The notes: a model not told the origin generated them from the sequence alone. A DNA stretch of 48,824 nt from an uncultured Erysipelotrichales bacterium (GCA_964632125.1 CAZWEF010000005.1:1-48824), one strand, 5' to 3'. Counted from the first letter of the stretch, positions 8,049 through 18,850 are shown. Program-made: numbers and translations.

Positions 8049-9542
8049 ATGAAAAAGAACTATGTGTTGGCCATTGATCAAGGTACAACAAGTACACGCG
8101 CAGTTATCTATGATTTGAAAGGAAAGATGCTTGGTATTGCCCAAAAAGAGATAACGCAATATTTTCCTCAGAGTGGTTGGGTTGAACATGATGCAAATGA
8201 GATTTGGATGACGACACTTGCAGTTATGTCACAAGTTGTGAAGCAACATGATATTGATCCTGCTAGTGTTGCTTGTATTGGGATAACCAATCAAAGGGAA
8301 ACAACTGTTATCTGGGATAAACAAACAGGACAACCGATTCATCATGCTGTTGTTTGGCAATCAAGACAATCTGAAGCCATTTGTGACAAGCTTAAAGATG
8401 AGGGGTTGGAGCAGTGGTTTAAAGATAAGACAGGGTTAATTATTGATCCTTATTTTTCAGCAACCAAAGTTGTTTGGTTACTTGAACATGTTAAAGGTGC
8501 TAAAAAGCGTGCATTAAATGGTGAACTGCTTTTTGGGACTATTGATAGTTGGTTGATATGGAAACTAACCAATGGTAAAGCGCATGTGACTGAGCCATCA
8601 AATGCATCAAGAACCATGATGTATAACATACATAACATGTGTTGGGACCAAGACATTTTAACAAAACTAGATATTCCAGTTTCGCTTTTACCAACTGTTT
8701 TTCCTTCTTCAGGTTTGTTTGGTTATACAGCTGATTTTCATTTCTTTGGTTATGAAGTGCCTATAACAGGTGTTTTAGGTGATCAACAAGCAGCTCTTTT
8801 TGGACAAGGGTGTTTTAGTCCAGGTGATGTTAAAAATACGTATGGAACTGGTTGTTTTTTATTGATGAATACAGGTCATAAAGCAGTTCAATCACAAAAA
8901 GGTTTGATTACAACCATTGCCTGGGAAATGAATCAAGAAGTTGTTTATGCACTTGAGGGTAGTGTTTTTGTAGCGGGTTCAGCTATACAGTGGTTAAGGG
9001 ATGGTCTTCGCATGATTGATAGTGCTGAAGAAACAGGTGTCTATGCAAGTCGTTGTGCGTCGTCAAATGGCGTTTATGTGGTGCCTGCATTTGTCGGATT
9101 GGGCGCACCGTATTGGGATAGTGATGCAAGAGGGGCTATTTTTGGATTAACACGGGGTACAACAAAAGAACACCTTATTCGTGCTACTTTAGAGTCCATT
9201 GCTTTTCAATCTAAAGAAGTAATTGATGTCATGGTTGAGGAATCTGGTTTATGTTTGTCTACTTTAAAGGTTGATGGAGGCGCTACTCGAAGTGAATTTT
9301 TGATGCAGTTTCAAAGTGATGTTTTAGATTGTGTTATTGATGTCGCCTCCATGATTGAAACAACGGCTTTAGGGGCTGCTTTGGTTGCGGCTTTTGGTGC
9401 TCATTTAATTGGTTCAATGGATGATTTAATGCATATGAGACAAACAAGGTTGCTTTTGAAACCACATATGTCTCAAGAAGAAAGAGAAGCATTAATTAAA
9501 GGATGGTATCAAGCTGTTCAAGCAACGTTATGTTTTAAATAA
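8049..9542 (+). CDS. glpK: Glycerol kinase
   Basis: LAIDQGTTSTRA, GITNQRETT, GDQQAALFGQ, KNTYGTGCF, PAFVGLGAPYWD. ATG after GAGGTG. Confidence 0.97.
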   Translation: MKKNYVLAIDQGTTSTRAVIYDLKGKMLGIAQKEITQYFPQSGWVEHDANEIWMTTLAVMSQVVKQHDIDPASVACIGITNQRETTVIWDKQTGQPIHHAVVWQSRQSEAICDKLKDEGLEQWFKDKTGLIIDPYFSATKVVWLLEHVKGAKKRALNGELLFGTIDSWLIWKLTNGKAHVTEPSNASRTMMYNIHNMCWDQDILTKLDIPVSLLPTVFPSSGLFGYTADFHFFGYEVPITGVLGDQQAALFGQGCFSPGDVKNTYGTGCFLLMNTGHKAVQSQKGLITTIAWEMNQEVVYALEGSVFVAGSAIQWLRDGLRMIDSAEETGVYASRCASSNGVYVVPAFVGLGAPYWDSDARGAIFGLTRGTTKEHLIRATLESIAFQSKEVIDVMVEESGLCLSTLKVDGGATRSEFLMQFQSDVLDCVIDVASMIETTALGAALVAAFGAHLIGSMDDLMHMRQTRLLLKPHMSQEEREALIKGWYQAVQATLCFK

Positions 9543-9594
9543 TGATAAAAGCGTTTTATAAATGGATATGTTATAATGGAATTGGAGGTAATTT

Positions 9595-10353
9595 ATGGAT
9601 AAAAAACTCATTTTATTTGATATTGATCAAACCATTTGTACAAAGGATTTTGAGGTGCCTCAAAGTGCTATTGAAACAATAAATGCATTGAAACAAAAAG
9701 GTCATTATGTAGGGCTTGCATCTGGGCGTATTAAACATGCAATGGATCGCTACATTGATTTGCTTGATTTAGAGCACTATGTATGTTCTGAAGGTAATAG
9801 TGCATTTGCTCACAAAAAACAAATTCTTTCAACACCGATTGAAACTGAATTTATTGAATATGTCTTAGAAAAAGCCGAATCTTTAGGGCTTGTAGTTGGT
9901 ATGGTAAGTGATCTTGCCAATGGTGTTACAGCCATCAATGATGTTGTTGAAGCGGTTCCTAAAGAACTTAGTCTTGGTAAATACACAGTAAACCCAACGC
10001 ATTACTTAGAACAACCAATTTATAAAGTATGTGTTTATGGTGGATATGAAAAGCGTCAATTATTTTTAGATGATTATGATCATAGTTATCATGCATTCAA
10101 AGATCATTTGGTGTTTGTGAACTTAGGCAAAGAACGAGGGATTAAAGCATTGGTGAGTCATTTAGGGTTAACTAAAGATGATGTGGTTGTTTTTGGTGAT
10201 GAGTTTAATGATTTAGGGATGTTTGATTATGCAACGACTTGTGTTGCAATGGGTAATGCCATTGATTTACTAAAAGAAAAAGCGACGTTTGTTACAAAAA
10301 CAGTTGAAGATGATGGCGTTGAATACGCATGTAAAACATTAGGACTTATATAG
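9595..10353 (+). CDS. Cof-type HAD-IIB phosphatase
   Basis: DIDQTI, ASGR, FGDEFNDLGM, AMGNA, EDDGV motifs. RBS GGAGG. Extended -10 TGTTATAAT at 9569-9577. Confidence 0.9.
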   Translation: MDKKLILFDIDQTICTKDFEVPQSAIETINALKQKGHYVGLASGRIKHAMDRYIDLLDLEHYVCSEGNSAFAHKKQILSTPIETEFIEYVLEKAESLGLVVGMVSDLANGVTAINDVVEAVPKELSLGKYTVNPTHYLEQPIYKVCVYGGYEKRQLFLDDYDHSYHAFKDHLVFVNLGKERGIKALVSHLGLTKDDVVVFGDEFNDLGMFDYATTCVAMGNAIDLLKEKATFVTKTVEDDGVEYACKTLGLI

Positions 10354-10362
10354 GAGGAGAAC

Positions 10363-11493
10363 ATGAAAACAAATATTATAAATGGAAAAGTTGTATTAGA
10401 AGATCGCATTGCATCTTGTGTTGTGGTAATTGAAGATGGTGTTATTGTGGGATTAGAAGACAAGGTACAAGATGGAGAAATTATTGATGCAAAAGGGTTA
10501 TATGTTGCGCCAGGTTTCTTTGATGTTCATATTCATGGATGTGCAGGACATGATGTTATGGATGGTACTTTTGAAGCGATTAATGGTATTTCAAAAGCAA
10601 TTGTTAAAAAAGGTGTGACATCATTTTTACCAACAACACTGACACAGTCAAATGAAGCAACTTATCAAGCTGTTAAAACCGTTAAAGAACACATGCATCA
10701 AGTAGAAGGTGCACAAATTGAAGGGGTTCATCTTGAAGGACCATTCTTCAATGTTGAATTTAAAGGGGCGCAACCAGAGCAATTTATTAGTTCGCCAAGT
10801 ATTGATCAGTACAAAGAAATGGTTAAAGATGCTGAAGATGTTGTCAAGATGATTTCACTTGCACCAGAAAAAGAAGGTGCGATGGACTTAATTAAATACG
10901 TTACCAAACAAGGTGTTGTTGCGTCCATTGGACATACTGCGGCAACATACGATATTGCTTTAAAAAGCTTCGATGCAGGGATTACACATGCAACTCATAC
11001 ATTTAATGGGATGAGAGGATTCAATCATCGTGAGCCTGGTGTTGTTGGTGCCGTGATGGATGATCAACGCGTTTATGCTGAGCTAATTCTTGATGGTATA
11101 CATGTGCATTATGCATCAGCACGTTCACTTGCTAAAATAAAAGGACCAGATAAGATGGTACTTGTAACAGACTGTATGCGTGCAGGACAATTACCTGAAG
11201 GGACATTTGATCTAGGTGGACAAGTTGTTCATGTGCTCAATAAAGCAGCAAGACTTGAGAGTGGGGCCCTTGCAGGAAGTGTGTTAAATTTGAATGAGGC
11301 GGTGTGTTATGCGCATCAATACTTAGGTTATTCTATTGTTGATGTTGTTAAATGGGCAGCAACCAATCCGGCACGTAACTGTGGATTAGATCATATTGGA
11401 TCTATTGCTGTTCATAAAAAAGCAAATATTATTTTCTTTGATGAAAATATATCTGTTGAACGTGTTTTTATAGAAGGAAAAGAAATTATCTAA
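10363..11493 (+). CDS. nagA: N-acetylglucosamine-6-phosphate deacetylase
   Basis: PGFFDVHIHG, HLEGPF, GHT, THTFNGM, DGIHV, LAGS, NPA motifs. Confidence 0.96.
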   Translation: MKTNIINGKVVLEDRIASCVVVIEDGVIVGLEDKVQDGEIIDAKGLYVAPGFFDVHIHGCAGHDVMDGTFEAINGISKAIVKKGVTSFLPTTLTQSNEATYQAVKTVKEHMHQVEGAQIEGVHLEGPFFNVEFKGAQPEQFISSPSIDQYKEMVKDAEDVVKMISLAPEKEGAMDLIKYVTKQGVVASIGHTAATYDIALKSFDAGITHATHTFNGMRGFNHREPGVVGAVMDDQRVYAELILDGIHVHYASARSLAKIKGPDKMVLVTDCMRAGQLPEGTFDLGGQVVHVLNKAARLESGALAGSVLNLNEAVCYAHQYLGYSIVDVVKWAATNPARNCGLDHIGSIAVHKKANIIFFDENISVERVFIEGKEII

Positions 11494-11515
11494 CACCCGA
11501 GTGGGTGTTTTTTTT
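11492..11515 (+). terminator. Intrinsic terminator after nagA
   Basis: AACACCC-GAGT-GGGTGTT plus T-run. Confidence 0.85.
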
Positions 11516-11572
11516 GACAAAGAAGAGACTTTTGCTTAGGTATGGTTTGATATAATCTAAATGGGTGAACAT

Positions 11573-12571
11573 ATGAAACTAACCAAATATCAAGAAGAGG
11601 CATCAAAGGGATTGGAGTCGTTGTATCTAGCATCAAAAAATGCTTATTTGAATGCTGTATGTGGTGCAGGAAAAACAGAAATGATGGTCCCCATCATTCA
11701 ACTTGCATTAAACCAACATAAAAGGGTTTGCTTTGTTACGCCTCGCACGACTTTAACCATTGAATTAGCTGAGCGGTTGCAACAATATCTAGATACACCA
11801 ATCACACTTGTGTATGGAGGCCATTGTCAGCAGTTAGATGGGCAAATGGTTGTCTGTACAACCCATCAATTACAAAAGTATAAAGGGGCATTTGATTTGT
11901 TGATTTTAGATGAAATGGATGCATTTCCTTTTTGTGGTAATAAGTTGTTGATGAAGCATTTATTGCAAGCATGTACAGGTGTGTTTATTTGTATGTCAGC
12001 AACCAAAAATAGATTTGTTGATGAGTTAATTGACGTGCTTGATTTGCATACAGTTGATTTGCTTGTTCGGTATCATTTACACCCAATTCCGGTACCAACC
12101 ACTTGTTTTATGTTGCCGTGGAGCACTTACCAATTAAGAAGGATTGTTGAAAAATACAAAAACCATTTGATTATCTTTGTTGATACGGTTAAGCAAGCTA
12201 AAAGGCTAGCGAAAAAACTGCATTTATACCATGTTGGTGTTGTTTATGCAAATGCTCCGGGATATATGGATCAACTTGAGCAATTTAGGTGTGGAACATT
12301 AGATTGTCTTATCAGTACATCGGTACTAGAACGTGGGGTGACATTTGTTGGTGTGCATGTCTTAATTTATCGTGCAGATAAACCTTTTTTTACACAAACG
12401 ATGTTGGTGCAAATGGCAGGTAGAGTAGGGCGCAAAGAAGATGCATGGGAAGGGCAGGTGATATTTTTTGTTGAAAAAGTTACGCGAGCAATGGATGAAA
12501 CAAAAAAAGCGATTGAACAAGCCAACCGATCATTGTCTCATTTGCCATCAAGATCGTTTAGAGGATCCTAG
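11573..12571 (+). CDS. comFA: ComFA-like DEAD/DEAH helicase (short form)
   Basis: AVCGAGKTEM, DEMDAFP, SAT, LERGVTF, QMAGRVGR. Directly upstream of comFC. Extended -10 TGATATAAT at 11548-11556. Confidence 0.88.
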   Translation: MKLTKYQEEASKGLESLYLASKNAYLNAVCGAGKTEMMVPIIQLALNQHKRVCFVTPRTTLTIELAERLQQYLDTPITLVYGGHCQQLDGQMVVCTTHQLQKYKGAFDLLILDEMDAFPFCGNKLLMKHLLQACTGVFICMSATKNRFVDELIDVLDLHTVDLLVRYHLHPIPVPTTCFMLPWSTYQLRRIVEKYKNHLIIFVDTVKQAKRLAKKLHLYHVGVVYANAPGYMDQLEQFRCGTLDCLISTSVLERGVTFVGVHVLIYRADKPFFTQTMLVQMAGRVGRKEDAWEGQVIFFVEKVTRAMDETKKAIEQANRSLSHLPSRSFRGS

Positions 12572-13100
12572 TTTTTATGAGTTGCTTGATAGAGGGGTTA
12601 TTTGTTATCGTTGTCTTTCTTTGTTGAAGCCATATCGAGGTAAAAATACGTACAAAGTAATTTATCAGTACGATTCTTTTTTGAAAGATTTGTTACATCA
12701 AGTAAAAGGGTTGGGGGATGCAACAATTGCTCCTGTTTTTTTAGCGCATCATAAAGAGGCCTTAAATGTCAAATACCAAGGATTTACAATGGTCCCCATG
12801 CCGTCGTTTATTGAAGATGATAAAAGACGAGGGTTTAATCATGTAGAGCTTATTTTTGAGGGGGTTAATTTGCCCATGGTACGATTGTTTTACAAAAAGA
12901 CAAACTATAAACAAGCAACGAGCACCAATCGTAAAGGGATTGAAGCAGTCATCGCTTTGAGACCTGGAGTCACTTTGTTTCCCAATAAAGTGTTATTGAT
13001 TGATGATGTCATAACATCGGGTGAAACACTAAAAACATGCTTTTTATTGTTGAAAGATCATGTAGATGAGATTGAAATTGTTGTCTTATCAAGGCGTTAA
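12495..13100 (+). CDS. comFC: ComFC / ComF family phosphoribosyltransferase-like protein
   Basis: CLIC...CYRC zinc ribbon, RRGFNH, LLIDDVITSGETL. Start position uncertain. Confidence 0.88.
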   Translation: MKQKKRLNKPTDHCLICHQDRLEDPSFYELLDRGVICYRCLSLLKPYRGKNTYKVIYQYDSFLKDLLHQVKGLGDATIAPVFLAHHKEALNVKYQGFTMVPMPSFIEDDKRRGFNHVELIFEGVNLPMVRLFYKKTNYKQATSTNRKGIEAVIALRPGVTLFPNKVLLIDDVITSGETLKTCFLLLKDHVDEIEIVVLSRR

Positions 13101-13136
13101 TATCATGTTTTGTCGTTTTTTGACGGTTAAAATAGT

Positions 13137-13165
13137 TTGAAATCGCATTCAATCTATTATATAGT
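13137..13165 (+). promoter_or_regulatory. SigA-type promoter for csp
   Basis: TTGAAA-17 bp-TATAGT. Confidence 0.6.
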
Positions 13166-13198
13166 TAAGTTAGCTTATGGGTTGGAAAGGATGATTAA

Positions 13199-13399
13199 AT
13201 GATGCAAGGTAAAGTTAAATGGTTTAACGCTGAAAAAGGATTTGGATTTATCACTTCTGATGAAGGTTCTGATATTTTCGTACATTACACACAAATTCTT
13301 GGCGAAGGCTATAAAAGTTTAGATGAAGGTCAAGCAGTTGAATTCGAAGTATTCGAAGGCGACCGTGGACTTCAAGCTAAAAACGTTTCTAAATTATAA
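13199..13399 (+). CDS. cspA: Cold-shock protein (CspA family)
   Basis: [15 protein letters not shown] (RNP1) and DIFVHY (RNP2). Confidence 0.96.
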   Translation: MMQGKVKWFNAEKGFGFITSDEGSDIFVHYTQILGEGYKSLDEGQAVEFEVFEGDRGLQAKNVSKL

Positions 13400-13522
13400 T
13401 AAATTTACAACGAATAGTTTAAAGTTTTTGTAGAATTAAAATGGATTTAAATTGATTATTCCCAAAGCTACAATAGTTGGGGCACAACGCATTATGCAAT
13501 GGTGGTTGGCAATGGACTATGG

Positions 13523-13568
13523 AAAGAGCTGAATCAAGTAGTAATACTTTGGTTCAGCTCTTTTTTTT
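13523..13568. terminator. Terminator between convergent csp and hisK, possibly bidirectional
   Basis: AAAGAGCTGAATCAAGTA-GTAA-TACTTTGGTTCAGCTCTTT plus T-run. Confidence 0.8.
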
Positions 13569-14376
13569 ATAAGTCATTTTGTATTGGACCCATCGCTTCA
13601 AATGTGCTAAATGTTTTGAAACCAATTTGCTTTAGCTTTTCTTTGATGGTTGTTTGATGAGTTCCTAGTGCATCAATATGATGGGCATCAGAGCCGATCG
13701 TGATAATGGTGCCACCAAGTTCATAGTATTTTTTTAAAATGAGTGTTGAAGGCATGAGATCAGGTAGTTCGTATTGAAAACTAGATGCATTGACTTCAAT
13801 CCCTTTACCATGTTCAATGATATGCTTTAAAATAGGTGTGATGTGTGTTTCTAAAATGAGTTGGTCATCAAATGGGCCATAATCATCGTAACGCTTAATG
13901 ACGTCTAGATGAGCAAGTACGCTATAATCATCAAAGCTTTGAATGATGTCGAGTAGATTTTGGTAATAGCCTTGGTGTATTTCTAATTGTGTTTTGTTTT
14001 TTTGATAATCGTATAGCCAAAACTCTTGATTATCGATTTCATGACTGGATAAAAGAATAAAATCGAATGGATATTGCTTAGCGTCATGTTGATATTTTGA
14101 AATGGTATGTTTTTGAATGCCAAATTCGACACCAGCTCGAATGGTTAATTGATCACCATATGTGGCTCTACAAGATTCGATTTGTTCGAAGAATGCATCG
14201 TAATCAATCGTTTGTGTTGTGTTTGGTCCTAATTGGTCGTTAACAATATCGTAATCAACATGATCAGTAAAGCAAACTTCTTGAATCCCAAGCGCTATTG
14301 CGCGCTTGCAATAGTCGTCCATGAAGACATTTGAATCAACACTGTGACTCGTATGAATATGATAATCTGCGTACAT
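13567..14376 (-). CDS. hisK: Histidinol-phosphatase, PHP family (HisJ/HisK)
   Basis: DYHIHT, FTDH, GVEFG, LAHLD, EVN, GSDAH motifs. RBS AGGAGG. Confidence 0.85.
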   Translation of the reverse strand: MYADYHIHTSHSVDSNVFMDDYCKRAIALGIQEVCFTDHVDYDIVNDQLGPNTTQTIDYDAFFEQIESCRATYGDQLTIRAGVEFGIQKHTISKYQHDAKQYPFDFILLSSHEIDNQEFWLYDYQKNKTQLEIHQGYYQNLLDIIQSFDDYSVLAHLDVIKRYDDYGPFDDQLILETHITPILKHIIEHGKGIEVNASSFQYELPDLMPSTLILKKYYELGGTIITIGSDAHHIDALGTHQTTIKEKLKQIGFKTFSTFEAMGPIQNDL

Positions 14377-14403
14377 ATGTTATCCTCCTTAGATATTACT
14401 AAA

Positions 14404-14432
14404 AGTATAGCCTTTATGCGTGATTCTTGCAA
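14404..14432 (-). promoter_or_regulatory. SigA-type promoter for hisK
   Basis: On the minus strand, TTGCAA-17 bp-TATACT. Confidence 0.65.
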
Positions 14433-14536
14433 GTCCTAATATCATCTTTATATAAGTCTCAAAATGAAAAAAAATACTGAATAGTCTATGAAAAATCAAT
14501 GAAAAGTGATAGAATGAATGAGTTAGGAGGTAGTGT

Positions 14537-16900
14537 ATGGCTTCTATTATAAATAAAATTTTTGGTCAAGATAAAAAAATATTAAAACGACTAGAGCAAA
14601 AGGCTCAAAAAGTAGATGCATTAAAAGACGACTATCGTAAATTAAGTGATGAGGAATTAAAGGCTAAAACAGTAGAATTTAAAGAAAGATTAGCTAATGG
14701 TGAGACTTTAGATGACATTTTAGTTGAAGCTTTTGCAACCGCTCGTGAAGCATGTGTGCGTGTCGTAAATATGGAACCATTTTTTGTACAAATTGTTGGT
14801 GCTATTTCAATTCATGAAGGCGACATCGCAGAAATGAAAACTGGTGAAGGGAAAACATTAACATCTGTTATGCCTGCTTATTTAAATGGGCTTGGTGGTG
14901 AAGGTGTTCACATTGTAACAGTTAATGACTATTTAGCTGGTCGTGATGCAAGAGAAATGGGTGAAATCCATCGTTTTTTAGGTTTGAGTGTTGGGTTAAA
15001 TCATCGTGGATTGAATGAACGTGAAAAACGCGAACAATTTATGTGTGATATTACGTATACCACAAACTCAGAAGTTGGATTTGACTATTTGCGAGATAAT
15101 ATGGTTAAAAGTATGGAACAAAAAGTACTAAGACCACTTAACTATGCAATCATTGATGAGGTTGATAGTATTTTAATTGATGAGGCAAGAACACCGTTGA
15201 TTATTTCAGGTGGACAAAAAAACACAGCAAATCTTTATATGCAAACAGATGGCTTTGTTAAAGGATTAACCATTGATGAAGATTACGTTGTTGATGTTAA
15301 AAGTCAAGCGGCAAGTTTAACTGAAGCAGGGGTTGAAAAAGCTGAACGTAAGTTTGGGATTAAAAACTTATATGATTTAGAACACACTGCGCTAGTACAT
15401 CACATCAACCAAGCGTTAAAAGCAAACTACATCATGACAAAAGATGTTGAGTACATGGTGGTTGAAGGCGAAATTATGATTATTGACCAGTTTACTGGAC
15501 GTCTAATGGAAGGTCGTGCTTATTCAGATGGCTTACATCAAGCAATTGAAGCCAAAGAAGGCGTTAAAATAAAACAAGAGACAGTTACTTTGGCAACGAT
15601 TACGTACCAAAACTATTTCCGTTTATACAAAAAACTTTCAGGTATGACTGGTACTGCTAAAACAGAAGAGGAAGAGTTTAGAACCATTTATAACATGCGT
15701 GTTGTAGAAGTACCAACCAATAGAGAAGTGATTCGTGTTGACGCTTCTGATTATGTGTTTTCAAGAAAGGCATATAAATTTAAAGCAATGATTGAAGAAG
15801 TAAAACAATTAAATGAACGTGGACAGCCAATTCTAATTGGTACAATTTCGGTTGAAACATCTGAAGAAGTATCTAAACTACTTCAAAAAGAACGCATTCG
15901 CCATGAGATACTGAATGCTAAAAACCATGAAAGAGAAGCTGAAATTATTGCTAAAGCAGGTGTTAGAGGTTCAGTGACTATTGCAACCAATATGGCAGGA
16001 CGTGGAACCGATATTAAACTTGGTCCAGGTGTTGTTGAACTTGGGGGTCTTGCGGTGATTGGTACTGAACGACATGAGTCTCGAAGAATTGACAACCAAT
16101 TACGTGGACGTTCTGGTCGTCAAGGAGATCCAGGATATAGTCGCTTCTATGTGTCTTTTGAAGATGACTTAATGGTCCGATTTGGCCAAGATCGATTCAT
16201 TAAAATGATGGAGTCTGCGACTGGTGAAGAAGCAATCGAGATGAAAGCAATGGCTAAAAGTATTGAGTCAGCTCAAAGACGAGTTGAGGGTAATAACTTT
16301 GACTCTCGTAAGCACATATTGGAGTATGATGATGTGTTGCGACAACAACGTGAAATGATTTATGAACAACGTGATATGATTTTAGCATCAGAAAATATAC
16401 ACCATACTATTGAAGATATGTTTAAGCGTTTTTCTGAAAACTTGGTACAAGTCCATACAGATGCTGGTAGAAGTGGCAATGTACAAGTAGATGAACTAGT
16501 TAAAGTTTTAAATGATACATACATTAAATTTGATAAGCTAGGCAGTCAAGACATAACAACTGAGGGCAACAAACAAGAGATGATTGCTAGCAAAGTGGCG
16601 AGTTTGTTGATGGCTGACTATATGAGAAAGTTTGATCAAGCACCATTAGAGGCAATTGAATCATTTGAGAAAACAGTGATGTTGAGTATTCTTGATAACC
16701 ATTGGATTGATCATATTGATACAATGACTAAACTAAGAAATGGTATCCATTTACGTGCTTATGCGCAAAAGAACCCATTAGATGAATATACTGAAGAAGC
16801 GTTTGTGTTGTTTGAAAACATGATTAAGAGTATTGCACAACAAGTGGTATTTAATCTTGTGAATATTCGTGTTGTGTTACAACAAGAAAGTCAAGTCTAG
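14537..16900 (+). CDS. secA: Preprotein translocase ATPase SecA
   Basis: [52 protein letters not shown]. Confidence 0.98.
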   Translation: MASIINKIFGQDKKILKRLEQKAQKVDALKDDYRKLSDEELKAKTVEFKERLANGETLDDILVEAFATAREACVRVVNMEPFFVQIVGAISIHEGDIAEMKTGEGKTLTSVMPAYLNGLGGEGVHIVTVNDYLAGRDAREMGEIHRFLGLSVGLNHRGLNEREKREQFMCDITYTTNSEVGFDYLRDNMVKSMEQKVLRPLNYAIIDEVDSILIDEARTPLIISGGQKNTANLYMQTDGFVKGLTIDEDYVVDVKSQAASLTEAGVEKAERKFGIKNLYDLEHTALVHHINQALKANYIMTKDVEYMVVEGEIMIIDQFTGRLMEGRAYSDGLHQAIEAKEGVKIKQETVTLATITYQNYFRLYKKLSGMTGTAKTEEEEFRTIYNMRVVEVPTNREVIRVDASDYVFSRKAYKFKAMIEEVKQLNERGQPILIGTISVETSEEVSKLLQKERIRHEILNAKNHEREAEIIAKAGVRGSVTIATNMAGRGTDIKLGPGVVELGGLAVIGTERHESRRIDNQLRGRSGRQGDPGYSRFYVSFEDDLMVRFGQDRFIKMMESATGEEAIEMKAMAKSIESAQRRVEGNNFDSRKHILEYDDVLRQQREMIYEQRDMILASENIHHTIEDMFKRFSENLVQVHTDAGRSGNVQVDELVKVLNDTYIKFDKLGSQDITTEGNKQEMIASKVASLLMADYMRKFDQAPLEAIESFEKTVMLSILDNHWIDHIDTMTKLRNGIHLRAYAQKNPLDEYTEEAFVLFENMIKSIAQQVVFNLVNIRVVLQQESQV

Positions 16901-18000
16901 TGGAATTATATGAGATAAGACAAGGGATTGGTGCACATCAACAAAGATTACGTGATTTGCACCTAAGCCTTGAAATTGAACAAAAAAAGGAAACACTTGA
17001 TCAATTGTTGGAAGCGCAAAGTCATCCTGAGTTTTGGAATGATGCGATGGAAGCGCAACGCATTATCAAACAAAGTAATGGGTTGAAACGTGTTGTCGAT
17101 GTTTATTTATTGTTGCAAACGCAACTTCAAGAAATTGAAGAAGCTTATGAGCTAATTAAAGATAGCTACGATGAAGAATTATTTTTGATGTTGGAAAGTG
17201 ATTATGTTGCATATAACGAAGCCATGTCGCGTTTTGAACTTGATGTGTTGTTAAGTAAACCATACGATGATGCAAATGCAATTGTTGAGATTCATCCAGG
17301 TGCTGGTGGCACAGAGAGTCAGGATTGGGCATCTATGTTATTTCGAATGTATCAACGCTATGCTGATCAAAAAGGATTTAAAGTCACTGTTCTTGATTAT
17401 TTAGATGGTGAAGAGGCAGGCTTGAAAAGTGTTAGTTTTCTTGTGAAGGGAACCAATGCTTATGGTTTGCTTAAAGCTGAGCAAGGCGTTCATCGTTTGG
17501 TTCGTATTTCACCGTTTGATTCTTCAGGAAGACGTCATACATCATTTGCATCAGTGGATATTATGCCAGAGTTGGAAGTGGATACAGATGTTGATATTAA
17601 GATGGAAGATGTTAAGATTGATACATATCGTGCAAGTGGTGCTGGTGGACAACATGTCAATACAACTGACTCAGCAGTTCGAATGACACATTTACCAACA
17701 GGTATTGTGGTAAGCTGTCAAACTGAGCGTTCTCAGATTAAGAATCGTGAGACTGCTTTGAAGATGCTTAAGTCAAAACTGTTGCAACGTCAACTTCAAG
17801 AGCAAGCGCAGCTAAAAAATGAGTTAAAAGGTGAACAAAAAGAAATTGGGTGGGGCTCTCAAATACGTTCGTATGTATTTCATCCTTATTCAATGGTAAA
17901 AGATCATCGAACAAACTTTGAAACAAGTCAAACAAATGCAGTCATGGATGGCGATTTAGATGGGTTTATAGATGCTTATCTAAAAGGTACTGTGTCATGA
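16900..18000 (+). CDS. prfB: Peptide chain release factor 2 (single uninterrupted frame)
   Basis: SPF tripeptide (RISPFD), [16 protein letters not shown]. Follows secA. Confidence 0.97.
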   Translation: MELYEIRQGIGAHQQRLRDLHLSLEIEQKKETLDQLLEAQSHPEFWNDAMEAQRIIKQSNGLKRVVDVYLLLQTQLQEIEEAYELIKDSYDEELFLMLESDYVAYNEAMSRFELDVLLSKPYDDANAIVEIHPGAGGTESQDWASMLFRMYQRYADQKGFKVTVLDYLDGEEAGLKSVSFLVKGTNAYGLLKAEQGVHRLVRISPFDSSGRRHTSFASVDIMPELEVDTDVDIKMEDVKIDTYRASGAGGQHVNTTDSAVRMTHLPTGIVVSCQTERSQIKNRETALKMLKSKLLQRQLQEQAQLKNELKGEQKEIGWGSQIRSYVFHPYSMVKDHRTNFETSQTNAVMDGDLDGFIDAYLKGTVS

Positions 18001-18836
18001 AAAAGTTCAAACTACAAGAAATTATTTTTCTATTAATTGGTAATACTTTAATTGCTTTTGCAGTAGCAAACTTTATTTTGCCCTATCATCTAGTGACTGG
18101 TGGGATGGCAAGTATTGCGATTATTGTTAATAAGTTGTTTGGATGGAATGAACAACTTGTAATCAATATTGTCATCATTTCGATGTTTATTTTGGGTTAC
18201 TTTGCTTTAGGTAAAAAGTTTGCAGTTAAAACAGCGCTAAGTACATTTTATTATCCACTTGCGCTTGCTTTTTTTCTAAAGTACCCAGTTGTGATTGATA
18301 CAAGTGAAATCTTGTTGATTGCCATTTATGCTGGGGTTCTTGTTGGGGTTGGTATCGGACTTGTGTTTAATGTGGGCGCATCAACCGGTGGTTTAGACAT
18401 TCCCCCATTAATATTAAATAAAGTATTTGGGTATCAAATTTCACATATGGTGGCGCTAATAGATGGGATTACAATCCTTCTTGGAGCGGTTATATTTGGT
18501 GCTGAAGTCATCATGATTGGGTTATTGAGTGCTGCAATTACAAGTCTAATGATTAATCAATTAATGGTTCTTGGCAGTGCTAAAATGTTAAATGTGATGA
18601 TTATTACTGAGCATTATGATCAGGTTGTGACATGGATTCATGATACAATGGATAGAGGTACAACATTACTTGAAGCAAGTGGTGGGTATACTGGGGATAG
18701 TCGACCAGTCGTCATGACGGTTATTGATAAAAGACGTTTACATGATTTAAATGAAGGGGTTTTATTTATTGATCCCATTGCTTTCATGATTATTCATGAG
18801 GTTAATGAGGTTAAGGGAAGAGGATTTACGATTTAG
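17997..18836 (+). CDS. YitT family membrane protein (DUF161/DUF2179)
   Basis: Multiple TMs, [13 protein letters not shown]...GGYT, IDPIAF motifs. Confidence 0.88.
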   Translation: MKKFKLQEIIFLLIGNTLIAFAVANFILPYHLVTGGMASIAIIVNKLFGWNEQLVINIVIISMFILGYFALGKKFAVKTALSTFYYPLALAFFLKYPVVIDTSEILLIAIYAGVLVGVGIGLVFNVGASTGGLDIPPLILNKVFGYQISHMVALIDGITILLGAVIFGAEVIMIGLLSAAITSLMINQLMVLGSAKMLNVMIITEHYDQVVTWIHDTMDRGTTLLEASGGYTGDSRPVVMTVIDKRRLHDLNEGVLFIDPIAFMIIHEVNEVKGRGFTI

Positions 18837-18850
18837 TAGTGGAGGTACAT

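Noticed and set aside
13455-13525. Purine riboswitch suggested by GACTATG before a terminator
   Set aside because: The TATAAT/GATATGG/GTTTCTAC/CCGTAAA core elements are missing, and there is no sense gene directly downstream.
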